Assembly (NCBI GenBank): GCA_022530585.1
Contig: CP092821.1
Span: 905,128 to 969,127, forward strand
Length of the DNA: 64,000 nt
Origin: Candidatus Nealsonbacteria bacterium DGGOD1a
GTDB taxonomy: Bacteria; Patescibacteriota; Minisyncoccia; Minisyncoccales; UBA5738
Direction of reading: 5' to 3'
Below the pieces are notes generated by a model. That model did no database searches. It saw nothing but the letters and a program-made list of their open reading frames with translations, and was not told the origin of the DNA. Below, piece after piece: positions 1-8,994 of the stretch. The stretch's first letter is position 1. Each line of letters starts with the position of its first letter. Both the position numbers and the translations under genes were made by a program.

Positions 1-699
1 TTTCGAGGAATCCGCCGCGAACGAACGCGTGCGCTGTTCAAAATTGCTTCCCGCGAACGGATTGTCATACCCCAAAATGGTTGACGCGTAATCGGCGCGC
101 GCTTCATTGAGCCAAACATCATCCGCCGCGCCGCGCAAACGATCCTTCTGGTTAAAAGTTATCAAATGGGTGAATTCGTGGGCCAGATATGATTTTGCCA
201 GCGGCGAATCGGCGAACCGGGTGTTAAAATAGATCATCTCGCGCTCGTTCGATAAAGGCGCCTGATATTTTGAATATCCGTCGCCGGTGTTGATATATCC
301 CCCGGCATCTTTCACCATGGGATGGAACAGCACCGTGATCTTGCCGTCGCGATTGACCGACGGATTGACATCGCTGCCGAAAACCGAAGTGAGTTTGGGA
401 TAAATATTTTTTGAAAATTCCGCGTCCAAGTTTTTGAAATTCGCGCTATATTCAAGCTTGCCGGCGGAATCCAATCCGTTCCACCATTGTTCGTCGACAT
501 AAAAATATATCTTGTCCCCCACCCAAACCAAATCCGACAATATCTTCGTCCGCGCCGCGGAATCATAGGTTTTATCGATATTGAAAGTGTTTCTGTCGCC
601 ATAACTGTCGGCCCGAACAAAAACCGGCGCCAGCGCAAACGCCAGACCCACAACCGCCGCGAACAATAGATTCTTTCCGCCTTGCGATATCAATTTCAT
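1..699 (-). CDS. Secreted HExxH zinc-metallopeptidase-like protein (3' end cut by window edge)
   Basis: Absent from the ORF track because it runs off the window. ATG at 699 (CAT 697-699), open in frame to base 1 (233 codons). My translation: MKLISQGGKNLLFAAVVGLAFALAPVFVRA... SYLAHEFTHLITFNQKD... WLNEARADY. It has a signal-like N-terminus and an HEFTH (HExxH) motif. Track ORF 312..653 is a different, Arg/Trp-rich frame. Confidence 0.6.
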   Translation of the reverse strand, partial: MKLISQGGKNLLFAAVVGLAFALAPVFVRADSYGDRNTFNIDKTYDSAARTKILSDLVWVGDKIYFYVDEQWWNGLDSAGKLEYSANFKNLDAEFSKNIYPKLTSVFGSDVNPSVNRDGKITVLFHPMVKDAGGYINTGDGYSKYQAPLSNEREMIYFNTRFADSPLAKSYLAHEFTHLITFNQKDRLRGAADDVWLNEARADYASTILGYDNPFAGSNFEQRTRSFAADSSK

Positions 700-890
700 T
701 TATACGCAAAATTTAATCAAAAAAACAATCGCCTCATAATCCAAGGCTATAATCAATTATATAATACAAAACCCCAAAAAACAAAAGAGCGGGCTCACCC
801 TCTCTCTTTGCAAAAAACTTGGTAAAAACATCATTCACTTTTTGTTTTCGGCATAAAAACCAACAACCCCAACCAAAACAAATTTATTTC

Positions 891-1406
891 CTACCGCACC
901 GGCTTGGGGTCGCTCACGCCATTGGGATCGCAACTGTAGACCACGATATCGCCGCCCGCGCTTGACCAAAGCCAATATCTCCCCGCCGGCAACTCAAATT
1001 CAGCATATTTTGTTTCGGAAAGACTGATTGTTTTTACCGTATTGGTAGTAATGTCTCTTTGCGAATCATATTCAGGCAAGGCGGAACTATCACCCATAAA
1101 AATAGCTGTAGAACCAGGCGATGATCCCGAAAACCCGCTATGAGGGAATCTCCTTGCGGTAATGTATAATCCCTCTCCATTGGTAGTAAATTCAGCAACT
1201 TGACCATTCATTTGATATGGCGAACCAAGCTCAACTTGGCTCTTTGGCTCGCAAGGCAAGGTCTCTAATCCTAGTGGTGCTAAAGGCGTAATTACTCCCT
1301 GTTTTAACTGATTAAACATCGCCAACAACACAATCATCGCGACAACCGTCACCACCGCAATTACTATCAGAATAATGCGCAAAACCACCTTTAATTTTTT
1401 GTTCAT
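891..1406 (-). CDS. Hypothetical membrane-anchored exported protein
   Basis: ATG start confirmed. N-terminal TM segment (VVLRIILIVIAVVTVVAMIVLLAM). Sits 5 nt downstream of the 1060-aa gene. No recognisable motif. Confidence 0.5.
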   Translation of the reverse strand: MNKKLKVVLRIILIVIAVVTVVAMIVLLAMFNQLKQGVITPLAPLGLETLPCEPKSQVELGSPYQMNGQVAEFTTNGEGLYITARRFPHSGFSGSSPGSTAIFMGDSSALPEYDSQRDITTNTVKTISLSETKYAEFELPAGRYWLWSSAGGDIVVYSCDPNGVSDPKPVR

Positions 1407-1411
1407 ATTTT

Positions 1412-4400
1412 TTATTTATAGAAACTTTCCAAGTTTTGCGGCCAAAAACTCAACGGCCAAGCGGAATTGTAAAATCTTTGATTGCCGATTTTTTTCATCG
1501 GCAATTTTTGCCTGCCGGCCAAGTCGGCGATCCTTGCCGGCAGGACAATCTCAATTTCCATCTCGCCGGTTTTATCAATTTCCAAGCCGAGATTTTCCAG
1601 CTCGCCTTGCAGATAGAACCAATTTTTGTTTTTGAGCGCGGCGGCGCAAATTTTGCTGTTGCCGCAGAACTTTTTCTCCGGCGACCAATAGACAATCGCG
1701 CGGCTGATTTTCAGATTTTGCGCGGCGGCCAATTTTTCATATTTCCAAAAGATATTGTTTTCTTTGAAACTTAAACTGGCAACGGCAGTTTTACCGCCGG
1801 AAAAAATCAATTTTAACTCTATGTTTTTCGCCAAATTGTCTTTTGAAAAATCTCGCGGCAATTCAAATTGCCCGGCAATGGCAAATTCTTGATTTTTATT
1901 TTTCGCTTTTTGCCATTTGATGAAAGCGGTTTTGACGGCAAGCGACCGCAAGGATTGGCGCGGCTTTTCAACTTCGGCGCTTGTTTGCAAAACTTCTCCC
2001 GTGGTTTGATTTTTTGCCATTGCTTGAAACAGCTCTTGGCCTTCAAAGACCGGCAATTCCACGAAGACCCCGCCGTCTTCGTCGGAAGTCAAATTGCCAA
2101 AATTCGCGCCGCCGTAGATAATGTTAATTTTTTCTCCTTCATCAATAGCGATATTGTCAAAATAAACGCCATAACTCTCTCCCGCGCGCGGCAATCCCGG
2201 ATAATTCACTCGAAATTGCTTGGCGATGCCCACCCCCGCGTCATTCTGGCTTTCCAAAATAATCGTGTGCACGCCGGGGTTCATTTCGGGTAAAAGAATT
2301 TCCGTATCAATAATTCCGTTTTCATCGACAATCGCTTCCCCGATTTTTTTCGGCTCGGAAAGAATCATTATCGGAACGATTGCGCCCGGAGCAAAACCGC
2401 CCAAGTAGAGACTTATCGTTTGCCCGGGCAAAATACCAATCGGGATATTGTTGATCAAAACTCCATTAACCGCGTCCATTACCGCTTGCCCCGCGGACGG
2501 CAAACAATCTTCCGCACCGGTTTTGTTGTGCGCGGCCAGAATATTGCAAGCGATAACATCATAACCTTTGGCATTGGGATGGAATAATCCTTTTGAGCGA
2601 TCATAGCGTATATTCAAATTTCCATTTGAATAATCAACCAAGTTGGCTAAAATTATTCTCATCTGATCCGTGTTGCTTAAGTAATTTAACAATGAGGTTG
2701 ATAAATTTTTTACTTGATTAAACGCTGTATTAACATCGCAATCCGCGCCACCGTCAAATACATTCAAGTGAACACCCAAGCATTGCTTCCAAGAATTATA
2801 CGCCGCCAACAAGTTATCAATCAGCGCGCGGGACTGCGCGTCGCCGTTGCCGTCAAGATTGAGCAGTCGCCTGATTTCGGCGTTAAGGTTGGCTTCTTTG
2901 ACGCCATTTGCCAACGCGGTTGCGGCATTGGCCGGACAAAGAGCGTTGCCGCCCAAAGAACTTTGCAAACTTGCCAGCTCCAGCCGCGGATTGCTTTGCG
3001 CAACCGCAAGCTTTGCTTGATTGATTTTTTCATTGATGGCATTCACTTTCCCGCGGGCATAGCCGATGTCTTCTTTGCGCAAACCCCCGCAATAGGAAAG
3101 CGATTTGGTGTTTCGGGGAAGAATGTCGGGATAATCCGCTTGAATCACGCGGGCCTTGGCAAAAGTTTGCAAAATTTTATTTTGCGCCCAAACTTCTTTG
3201 GCATAAAGCGCGTTGATCGCGGCATTGCTGTCAAATAAATTATCGTCAATATTCTTGCACGAAGCAAACATATCCACCAAAGTTTTGATCTCCGCCGGAG
3301 GATTGGGATATTCCTGTAACGCTTTGCGCAAGATATTGGGCAAAAGACAAGCTTGGATAATTTCTACGAATCCGGCACCGTTACCGCCCATGCCAACGGT
3401 AACCAAGTCCACATCAGCAGGAGTTAACCCGGCGTCATTCAGTTTGTTCAATGCTTGTTGAAGCTGTGAATCGGGCGCAATTTGATCGGCGGCCATATCG
3501 CCGATCACCGGCGGCTGGCTTCCATTTTCAATCTTTGCGCCGCTGCAGGTTAAATCGATCAAAACAATATCTTCGTCGTTCAATTCGGGATGGAATTTGT
3601 TTTTGTTGATTTTGGCATAGTTTTGCAGAGCGCGATGGCAAGAATTGTCGCCGGCAATCAATGTGTCGGTATAGGTGCCTTGCTCGTACCCGCGGGCAAG
3701 ATATTCTTCGGCGCCCTCAATGGAATTCCCCGCGCCTTCGCCGGATTGGTAGGAATCGCCCAAAGCGACATAGACGAATTTGTCTTTGCCGCCGGCAATC
3801 TCGTAATTTTCAAACGGTTGGACCAGCGGGAAACTGTCGGTGTAGCCGCCGATCGGGCAAGCGGCATTGCCAATGCCGTCGCCGTCCGGATCTTCCGTTT
3901 GGCATTGGGGCTGGTAATTGCCCGGTTTGCCGCGATAAATTTTGTTTTGATATTTATAGCCAAGCTCTTCTTGCGAATTCCAGTAATTGACATAGTCTTG
4001 GTAGGGATACAGCGTGCCGTAGAAATCATTCAGATAGATAATGTTGCCGGCGCTTTGAGTACTCACTCCAGCCGACGAGTTATATTCCGCCGGCAGATTG
4101 ATGTCATATCCGGTATTGTCGCGGAAGATATTGCGGGTGATTTCGGAATTGCCGGAACCATAGTTCACGATATATATTCCATCCAGATTGGATTCGATGA
4201 TGTTGTTGCTAATCTTGGCTTCCCAAGCGCCGTAATTCAAGCGGATGCCGGCGCTGTTGGTTGCGCCGCGGATGGTAAAGCCGTTGATTTCAGCCGGACC
4301 CGCCGCCGTGATCGCCGACACGGCGGGATCAACGGCTTCGATAACCGTGGCGCCCGGCGCGGCATTTTCAGCTTTTAAAATAATCCTGCCCCCGAAAGCC

Positions 4401-4594
4401 ACATTCTCGCGGTAAACTCCGGGCGCAACCAAAATCGTATCGCCATTACTCGCCGCGATGATCGCGGATTGGATGGTTTGGTATTCGCTATCCGGCGCAA
4501 CGGTGAATGTTGCGGCAAAAACCGAATCCGAAAACGAAAGAGACAAAACGCTAACTATAAAAACCAATACACGCTTTTTTAAATTAAGCATCAT
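1412..4594 (-). CDS. Large secreted protein: right-handed beta-helix (NosD/pectate-lyase-like) plus SGNH/GDSL hydrolase domain
   Basis: 1060 aa, ATG confirmed, signal/anchor VLVFIVSVLSLSF. Beta-helix-type repeats (IRGATNSAGIRLNY, NNIIESNLDGIYIVN, ITRNIFRDN). SGNH block I motif FVYVALGDSYQSGEGAG. Confidence 0.75.
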   Translation of the reverse strand: MMLNLKKRVLVFIVSVLSLSFSDSVFAATFTVAPDSEYQTIQSAIIAASNGDTILVAPGVYRENVAFGGRIILKAENAAPGATVIEAVDPAVSAITAAGPAEINGFTIRGATNSAGIRLNYGAWEAKISNNIIESNLDGIYIVNYGSGNSEITRNIFRDNTGYDINLPAEYNSSAGVSTQSAGNIIYLNDFYGTLYPYQDYVNYWNSQEELGYKYQNKIYRGKPGNYQPQCQTEDPDGDGIGNAACPIGGYTDSFPLVQPFENYEIAGGKDKFVYVALGDSYQSGEGAGNSIEGAEEYLARGYEQGTYTDTLIAGDNSCHRALQNYAKINKNKFHPELNDEDIVLIDLTCSGAKIENGSQPPVIGDMAADQIAPDSQLQQALNKLNDAGLTPADVDLVTVGMGGNGAGFVEIIQACLLPNILRKALQEYPNPPAEIKTLVDMFASCKNIDDNLFDSNAAINALYAKEVWAQNKILQTFAKARVIQADYPDILPRNTKSLSYCGGLRKEDIGYARGKVNAINEKINQAKLAVAQSNPRLELASLQSSLGGNALCPANAATALANGVKEANLNAEIRRLLNLDGNGDAQSRALIDNLLAAYNSWKQCLGVHLNVFDGGADCDVNTAFNQVKNLSTSLLNYLSNTDQMRIILANLVDYSNGNLNIRYDRSKGLFHPNAKGYDVIACNILAAHNKTGAEDCLPSAGQAVMDAVNGVLINNIPIGILPGQTISLYLGGFAPGAIVPIMILSEPKKIGEAIVDENGIIDTEILLPEMNPGVHTIILESQNDAGVGIAKQFRVNYPGLPRAGESYGVYFDNIAIDEGEKINIIYGGANFGNLTSDEDGGVFVELPVFEGQELFQAMAKNQTTGEVLQTSAEVEKPRQSLRSLAVKTAFIKWQKAKNKNQEFAIAGQFELPRDFSKDNLAKNIELKLIFSGGKTAVASLSFKENNIFWKYEKLAAAQNLKISRAIVYWSPEKKFCGNSKICAAALKNKNWFYLQGELENLGLEIDKTGEMEIEIVLPARIADLAGRQKLPMKKIGNQRFYNSAWPLSFWPQNLESFYK

Positions 4595-4694
4595 ATTAAA
4601 TGATTATAATTATGATTTTATTGATGCGCATATTACAAATTACCAACAAAATTATTTCATTTTATCAACCTCGACAAAAAATTCAAGTTTAAGT

Positions 4695-4742
4695 TTGCGC
4701 AAGGTCGCACCTTGCAAGCTTGCAAGGTGCGACCTTGCGCAA
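4695..4742. repeat. REPIN-like perfect palindrome (family 1, core CAAGGTCGCACCTTGCA), 48 bp
   Basis: TTGCGCAAGGTCGCACCTTGCAAG followed by its exact reverse complement. Lies 15 nt beyond the stop of the Y1 transposase gene. Confidence 0.9.
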
Positions 4743-4756
4743 CTATTCCCTTGGGA

Positions 4757-5494
4757 TTACCGCGGTAATGACCCCTTGTTCTTGATCCAGCTCTCGGTAA
4801 ATTCCTTAACCGTTCTCATTCCTTTTCCAATATCATCGGATTTGGCAAAAACTTTCAATAGAAAATCTCTTGCCGTAACCGATGGAAAATTTTTAATTCC
4901 GATACTGTCCAAATAACTCGACCATTTGTAATTATTTAAAAATTCAATCGCGGCCTTCAAGTCCTTAACTCCCTCCGTCTTCCAATCCGCGTCGACAAGT
5001 TCAACCGGATTTGAAAATACATATTCCGCCAAATGAATGAATTGATTGTTGTCGCCGGCATGGACCGCTTTGAACCTGCCTTGGAACAACGCACCCATCC
5101 CTTTTCTTTCGTATCTGTCATTAAAATAACCCGTATAACTGTTGCTTAACTTTTTCATAAAAAGAGACACTCCATCGTTGACAAGCGGCCGTAAAATCAA
5201 ATGATAATGATTCGGCATCAAAACAAACGCAATAATGTCAACCAGCAGTTCCCTTTTATGGTTTGACAAGGTCGCACCTTGCAAGCTTGCAAGGTGCGAC
5301 CTTGTCAAACTTTTTTTCCGGCGATCTTGAATCCTTTGGGCCATTCTCACAAAATTGCGGTCATTGCATTCATAAAGAGAAAAAATAAAACGGTAATAAT
5401 CGGAGTCATCCATAAAAACAATTCTTTTCTCTACGCCGCGGTTAAAGGTATGGTAAACTTCGCCGACAATAAATTCCCGTTTTGAATTTGGCAT
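4757..5494 (-). CDS. REP-associated tyrosine transposase (RAYT) / IS200-like Y1 HUH transposase
   Basis: 245 aa, ATG confirmed. N-terminal GEVYHTFNRGVEKRIVF, HUH motif MPNHYHLILRP, Tyr motif AEYVFSNPVE. No tnpB partner. Bracketed by family-1 palindromes. Confidence 0.8.
   Translation of the reverse strand: MPNSKREFIVGEVYHTFNRGVEKRIVFMDDSDYYRFIFSLYECNDRNFVRMAQRIQDRRKKSLTRSHLASLQGATLSNHKRELLVDIIAFVLMPNHYHLILRPLVNDGVSLFMKKLSNSYTGYFNDRYERKGMGALFQGRFKAVHAGDNNQFIHLAEYVFSNPVELVDADWKTEGVKDLKAAIEFLNNYKWSSYLDSIGIKNFPSVTARDFLLKVFAKSDDIGKGMRTVKEFTESWIKNKGSLPR
5261..5310. repeat. Family-1 perfect palindrome (50 bp) located inside the RAYT coding sequence, in frame
   Basis: GTTTGACAAGGTCGCACCTTGCAAG plus its exact reverse complement. 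It encodes ...SLTRSHLASLQGATLSNHK... just upstream of the HUH motif. Confidence 0.9.
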
Positions 5495-5528
5495 AAATTT
5501 ATAATAACTAAATTATATCTAAGCCGAA

Positions 5529-5584
5529 AAAGTTGCGCAAGGTCGCACCTTGCAAGCTTGCAAGGTGCGACCTTGCGCAACTTT
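5529..5584. repeat. Family-1 perfect palindrome, 56 bp
   Basis: AAAGTTGCGCAAGGTCGCACCTTGCAAG plus its exact reverse complement, 35 nt upstream of the RAYT start codon. Confidence 0.9.
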
Positions 5585-5725
5585 GTTTTGCTGGACGGCG
5601 TTGACAATATGGATTAGGGAAAACAAAAAGCCTCTTCGATTAGGAAGAGGCTTTTTGCTACGCCCGCCGCCGCGCAAGGCTTTGGCAAGGCACGCCCGTC
5701 CACAAGAAAGGCGATTTGGAAACTG

Positions 5726-7909
5726 CTATTGAAGGTACACCGCCGGGCTGATCCAAGTGGATTCTCCGTTCATGTAAGACGAGGAAGCACTAACAGGAGC
5801 AGCTGAAGTGTGGCCCCACGCAATACCCTTAATCCTTATGTCGTATGTACCCGGACCGCCACGAGTAACAGATGAGTTGGTGGTATTGGCAGTCACCGCA
5901 AAGTTTGCCGACGTTCCCGCCGCAATCTTATAGGTTGTGCCCACGGCAACAGTGCCGGACGGTTGGACAAAATTAACATCAGTCAGACGATAATGAGTAC
6001 CACTCATAACAGTCTCAACGATGAAAGGATCAGTGGTGCTGGCAGTAATATACACATCACCCGTTACGGCCGCAACCTGGATATTGAAGGTCGCAGTCAG
6101 AGTTGAGCTGGCACCCGAGTACGAACCCTGCGTGTTGTCTGTGGTGATGCTGGCCAAAGTAAACACCGGGCCCTCGCCATAGACATACGCCGCATTGCTC
6201 GTCGCGGTACCAGTGCCGGTAAAGGCGGCACCGTTCGTTTTGGAACCAGAGATACTGGTACCGGTCACGGTAACAATATATGTGTATCCATCTTCAGTCG
6301 CGGTCGGAGATGTAACCGTCAACTGATCGTCAACTTTGATCGACAAAGTTTTGGTGGTATCTTTGGGAACCGTGTAGTTCAAATCAGAGAAAGTGGCGTT
6401 TCCACTCGTGGAACCAGGAGTTGCCGTTCCAATAACGGTACCGCTGTCATCAACCAAGTAAACCGTATCAGGAATCTGATTTGTTCCGGTTGTGCTCGCG
6501 AACATGATGTCGGTAACCGTTTCAATCAACATATCATCCTTGGTCGCTTTCACATCGAATGACATCAATTGCGCGCCAACGATATCTCCGTTGGAATCAG
6601 CAACGACATTGCGTTTTTTCGGCGAATTGGCGTTCAAGCTCACGGTCAGCGTGGCGCTTCCGGTTTGCGAAGCATTGACGCTGAAAGTCCGGTAATTGCC
6701 TGTCGTCCAAGCCGCCGCGTTGGCTAAACCGCCGTATTGATTCAAACCGGCCTGGTCAACCGCGCGCACGCTCGTCGCCGAAGGAGTGCCGATAATAATG
6801 TTCTGCTTGCTTCCCGCGGTCGTTACAAACAAACCGCTCGAAATGCCAGGCAAAACATCAACTTTGACGGTCAACACTTTGCTGGTATTCACCGGCACAA
6901 CCACTTTGCTGGTAAATCCGGCAAGAGTGATCTGATAGTCGCTGGCCGACACTTTGGAAACCGTGGTGGAATTCAAAGCGCTGGTCGCAATTTCGGTGTC
7001 CCCATCATACAAATACACATTGGTAAAGTATGAATAAGGTTGAGAATTGAATCTCAAGGTAACGCGCTGGACATCAACATCCGAACCGGTAGCCTTGACT
7101 TTCAAACCCATCACCGCGACTTTGCTGTCGCCTTCATACGCCTTCACGCCATCGGCCGGGCTCGGATTGAGCGAAACCGTGATCGCGCCTTCCGTGCCGG
7201 TCTGGGTCACGCCAGAACCAGTGCTTGATCCTGTCGCGCAAGATTCGCCGGTCGTGGGGCTATAACCGGTGGTCGAAGTGCAACCAGCCGGCAAATTGCT
7301 GACGGTCGCGCAAGATTCGCCGGTGGTCACGCTGTAACCGGTGGTCGAAGTGCAACCAGCCGGCAAGCCACCGGTTGTTCCGGTTGTTCCGGTTGTTCCT
7401 CCGGTTGTTCCGACGGTACCCGCCAACATCGCGTTCAATTTCGCGCGAGTCGACGCACCGACGAATCCGGTTCCCGCGGTCAAACCGACCGGGGTCAAAA
7501 CTTCCGCGGCATATTTGTTCTGGAACGCAACCACCGCGGTTTTGGTCAAACCGCCAAAATAAGTGGTTTCAAATCCCGCCGAACCAACACCTGTCGCCGC
7601 GACTCTGGTGTTAGTATCGGAATTCAACAAGGCTTGCAAACATTTGACATCGTTCCCGGTGGAACCAAGAGTCAAATTATTCGAAAAAGTGATACCCGTG
7701 CAAGCGGCGACATTCGTGTTCACTACGCCGCTGGCAGTCGTTCCTGACGAGGTGCCGCCCAATTGGCCCATCAAACCCGACAATTGGGATTGAAGAGCGG
7801 CAATCTGGGCCGCCAATTCTTCCGCGGTGGCCGCCTGCGCGTTGGACGCGACAGTCGTTCCCGCGATCGCCAAGGCAATCATGCCCGCGATTAATTTCTT
7901 GCTATTCAT
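5726..7909 (-). CDS. Cell-surface protein with peptidoglycan-binding-like domain and Cys-containing tandem repeats
   Basis: 727 aa, ATG confirmed, N-terminal anchor/signal, coiled AEELAAQIAALQSQL. PG_binding_1-like segment (GNDVKCLQALLN...TKTAVVAFQNKY). Two LPAGCTSTTGYSxTTGESCAT repeats. The rest is Thr/Ser/Gly-rich. Confidence 0.7.
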   Translation of the reverse strand: MNSKKLIAGMIALAIAGTTVASNAQAATAEELAAQIAALQSQLSGLMGQLGGTSSGTTASGVVNTNVAACTGITFSNNLTLGSTGNDVKCLQALLNSDTNTRVAATGVGSAGFETTYFGGLTKTAVVAFQNKYAAEVLTPVGLTAGTGFVGASTRAKLNAMLAGTVGTTGGTTGTTGTTGGLPAGCTSTTGYSVTTGESCATVSNLPAGCTSTTGYSPTTGESCATGSSTGSGVTQTGTEGAITVSLNPSPADGVKAYEGDSKVAVMGLKVKATGSDVDVQRVTLRFNSQPYSYFTNVYLYDGDTEIATSALNSTTVSKVSASDYQITLAGFTSKVVVPVNTSKVLTVKVDVLPGISSGLFVTTAGSKQNIIIGTPSATSVRAVDQAGLNQYGGLANAAAWTTGNYRTFSVNASQTGSATLTVSLNANSPKKRNVVADSNGDIVGAQLMSFDVKATKDDMLIETVTDIMFASTTGTNQIPDTVYLVDDSGTVIGTATPGSTSGNATFSDLNYTVPKDTTKTLSIKVDDQLTVTSPTATEDGYTYIVTVTGTSISGSKTNGAAFTGTGTATSNAAYVYGEGPVFTLASITTDNTQGSYSGASSTLTATFNIQVAAVTGDVYITASTTDPFIVETVMSGTHYRLTDVNFVQPSGTVAVGTTYKIAAGTSANFAVTANTTNSSVTRGGPGTYDIRIKGIAWGHTSAAPVSASSSYMNGESTWISPAVYLQ
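7233..7409. repeat. Intragenic tandem repeats: 72-bp unit x ~1.9, followed by CCGGTTGTT 9-mer x3(+1)
   Basis: GTCGCGCAAGATTCGCCGGT... recurs with period 72 (7233 and 7305). CCGGTTGTT is repeated at 7371-7397 and again at 7401-7409, encoding a (GTT)n tract. Confidence 0.85.
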
Positions 7910-8050
7910 TGTTTATTTATTGTTTTTTACTAAGGTTTTTTAAACCTTTTTTAACTTCGGTCGCGTCAACCTTTGAATCCTCCCAGCCAAAGCTTTAAAG
8001 CTGTGAGCATCGCGACTGCTTAATCCTTTGTCCCTCCTTTCGTCGGGACG

Positions 8051-8096
8051 CGGGAGGGGTTTGAAAATCTTGATCAAGATTTTCAAACCCCTCCCG
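8051..8096. terminator. 46-bp perfect palindrome, possible non-canonical terminator
   Basis: CGGGAGGGGTTTGAAAATCTTGA|TCAAGATTTTCAAACCCCTCCCG, 15 nt after the stop at 8111. The T-run (GAAGCTTTTTTG) is on the plus-strand side only, so it is not a classical terminator for the minus-strand gene. Confidence 0.4.
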
Positions 8097-8110
8097 AAGC
8101 TTTTTTGTTA

Positions 8111-8872
8111 TTACTTATTCAACGAACTGTTAAGATAGTAGTCAATTGCCTGGCCGTAATTGCTTTCGTCATAAAGTTTCTTAACTTGCGCCAGATCATT
8201 GGCCTGTTCTTCGGACAACACCGTGCCTTTCCTGAAATAATCAATCAGCGAGCCAACAATCTCCTGATCGGACGCGGCCTCGGAAACATCGCCGGTACTG
8301 GTGGAATTCTGTTCCAATCCCAGCACCCCGTAAACCTGTCTCTCTTTTTCGTCAATATCTTTCATCGCCAAACCGGCTTCTTTCACGATCGCGCCCGCGT
8401 TGGCCGGATTTTGCTTGACCATTGACGCCACTTCTTTCTTTGCCGCGGCCTTGGCGGTTTTGTATTCATAGAACGCCGCCGGCAAATTCTTTAATAAATT
8501 CTTTTGCGAGATCACATCAATCTCCTCAAGCCGTTTGGCCGCGAGCAACAAATTGGCCGCCGGATTTTTGTCCTGGCCGGTGGCAATCGCCATTCCCTTT
8601 TCGGTGGCCTTTTTTAACGCGTACAGCGGCTGGCCCGGCAACGCGCTTTGCGATGCCGCCACGGTTCCGCCCGCCAATCCCGCGATCAATAACCCGGCAA
8701 ACGCCGCGCGATATTGAAAAACGAAATTTGACGCCAATGAAAGAAGCGACTGTTTATGTCCTATCGCTTCCTGTCCTAGAATCCGCGCCTTGCTCAAAAC
8801 CGCCCAGTCCGCATCGGGTTTGATCTCCCTTAAAGTTCTTATTTGATTGATCAATTCTTTTTCGCCGTTCAT
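8111..8872 (-). CDS. Putative anti-sigma / DUF5667-like membrane protein
   Basis: Directly downstream of the ECF sigma gene. One TM segment (AAFAGLLIAGLAGGTVAA). Start moved to ATG 8872 (MNGEKELINQ...) because the first 31 track codons (MQSCKVRPCKT...) are encoded by palindrome 8932-8993. Confidence 0.5.
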   Translation of the reverse strand: MNGEKELINQIRTLREIKPDADWAVLSKARILGQEAIGHKQSLLSLASNFVFQYRAAFAGLLIAGLAGGTVAASQSALPGQPLYALKKATEKGMAIATGQDKNPAANLLLAAKRLEEIDVISQKNLLKNLPAAFYEYKTAKAAAKKEVASMVKQNPANAGAIVKEAGLAMKDIDEKERQVYGVLGLEQNSTSTGDVSEAASDQEIVGSLIDYFRKGTVLSEEQANDLAQVKKLYDESNYGQAIDYYLNSSLNK

Positions 8873-8931
8873 AGGTTTTTTGAGCCTGATAAAGTTATGA
8901 CGCAAAACCTTAAAAAATGTTACAGTGGGAC

Positions 8932-8993
8932 AAGTTTTACAAGGTCGCACCTTGCACGATTGCAATCGTGCAAGGTGCGACCTTGTAAAACTT
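8932..8993. repeat. Family-1 palindrome variant, 62 bp perfect
   Basis: AAGTTTTACAAGGTCGCACCTTGCACGATTG plus its exact reverse complement. Same AAGGTCGCACCTTGCA core, different centre. Lies between the sigma and anti-sigma genes. Confidence 0.9.
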
Positions 8994-8994
8994 C

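Noticed and set aside
312-669. Track ORFs 312..653(-) and 487..669(+) as genes
   Set aside because: Both overlap the longer edge-truncated frame 1..699(-), which encodes a coherent signal peptide plus HExxH protein. The track ORFs are Arg/Trp-rich with low-complexity composition.
5279-5732. Short ORFs starting MQACKVRPC... (5279..5485, 5550..5732) and the MQSCKVRPC... N-terminus of 8111..8965
   Set aside because: These peptides are simply translations of the family-1 palindrome. The identical N-termini are a repeat artefact, not a protein family.
8051-8096. Calling the 46-bp palindrome a member of the REP families
   Set aside because: Its sequence (GGGAGGGGTTTGAAAATCTTGA...) matches none of the repeat families seen elsewhere in the window. 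It is kept only as a possible terminator or unique palindrome.
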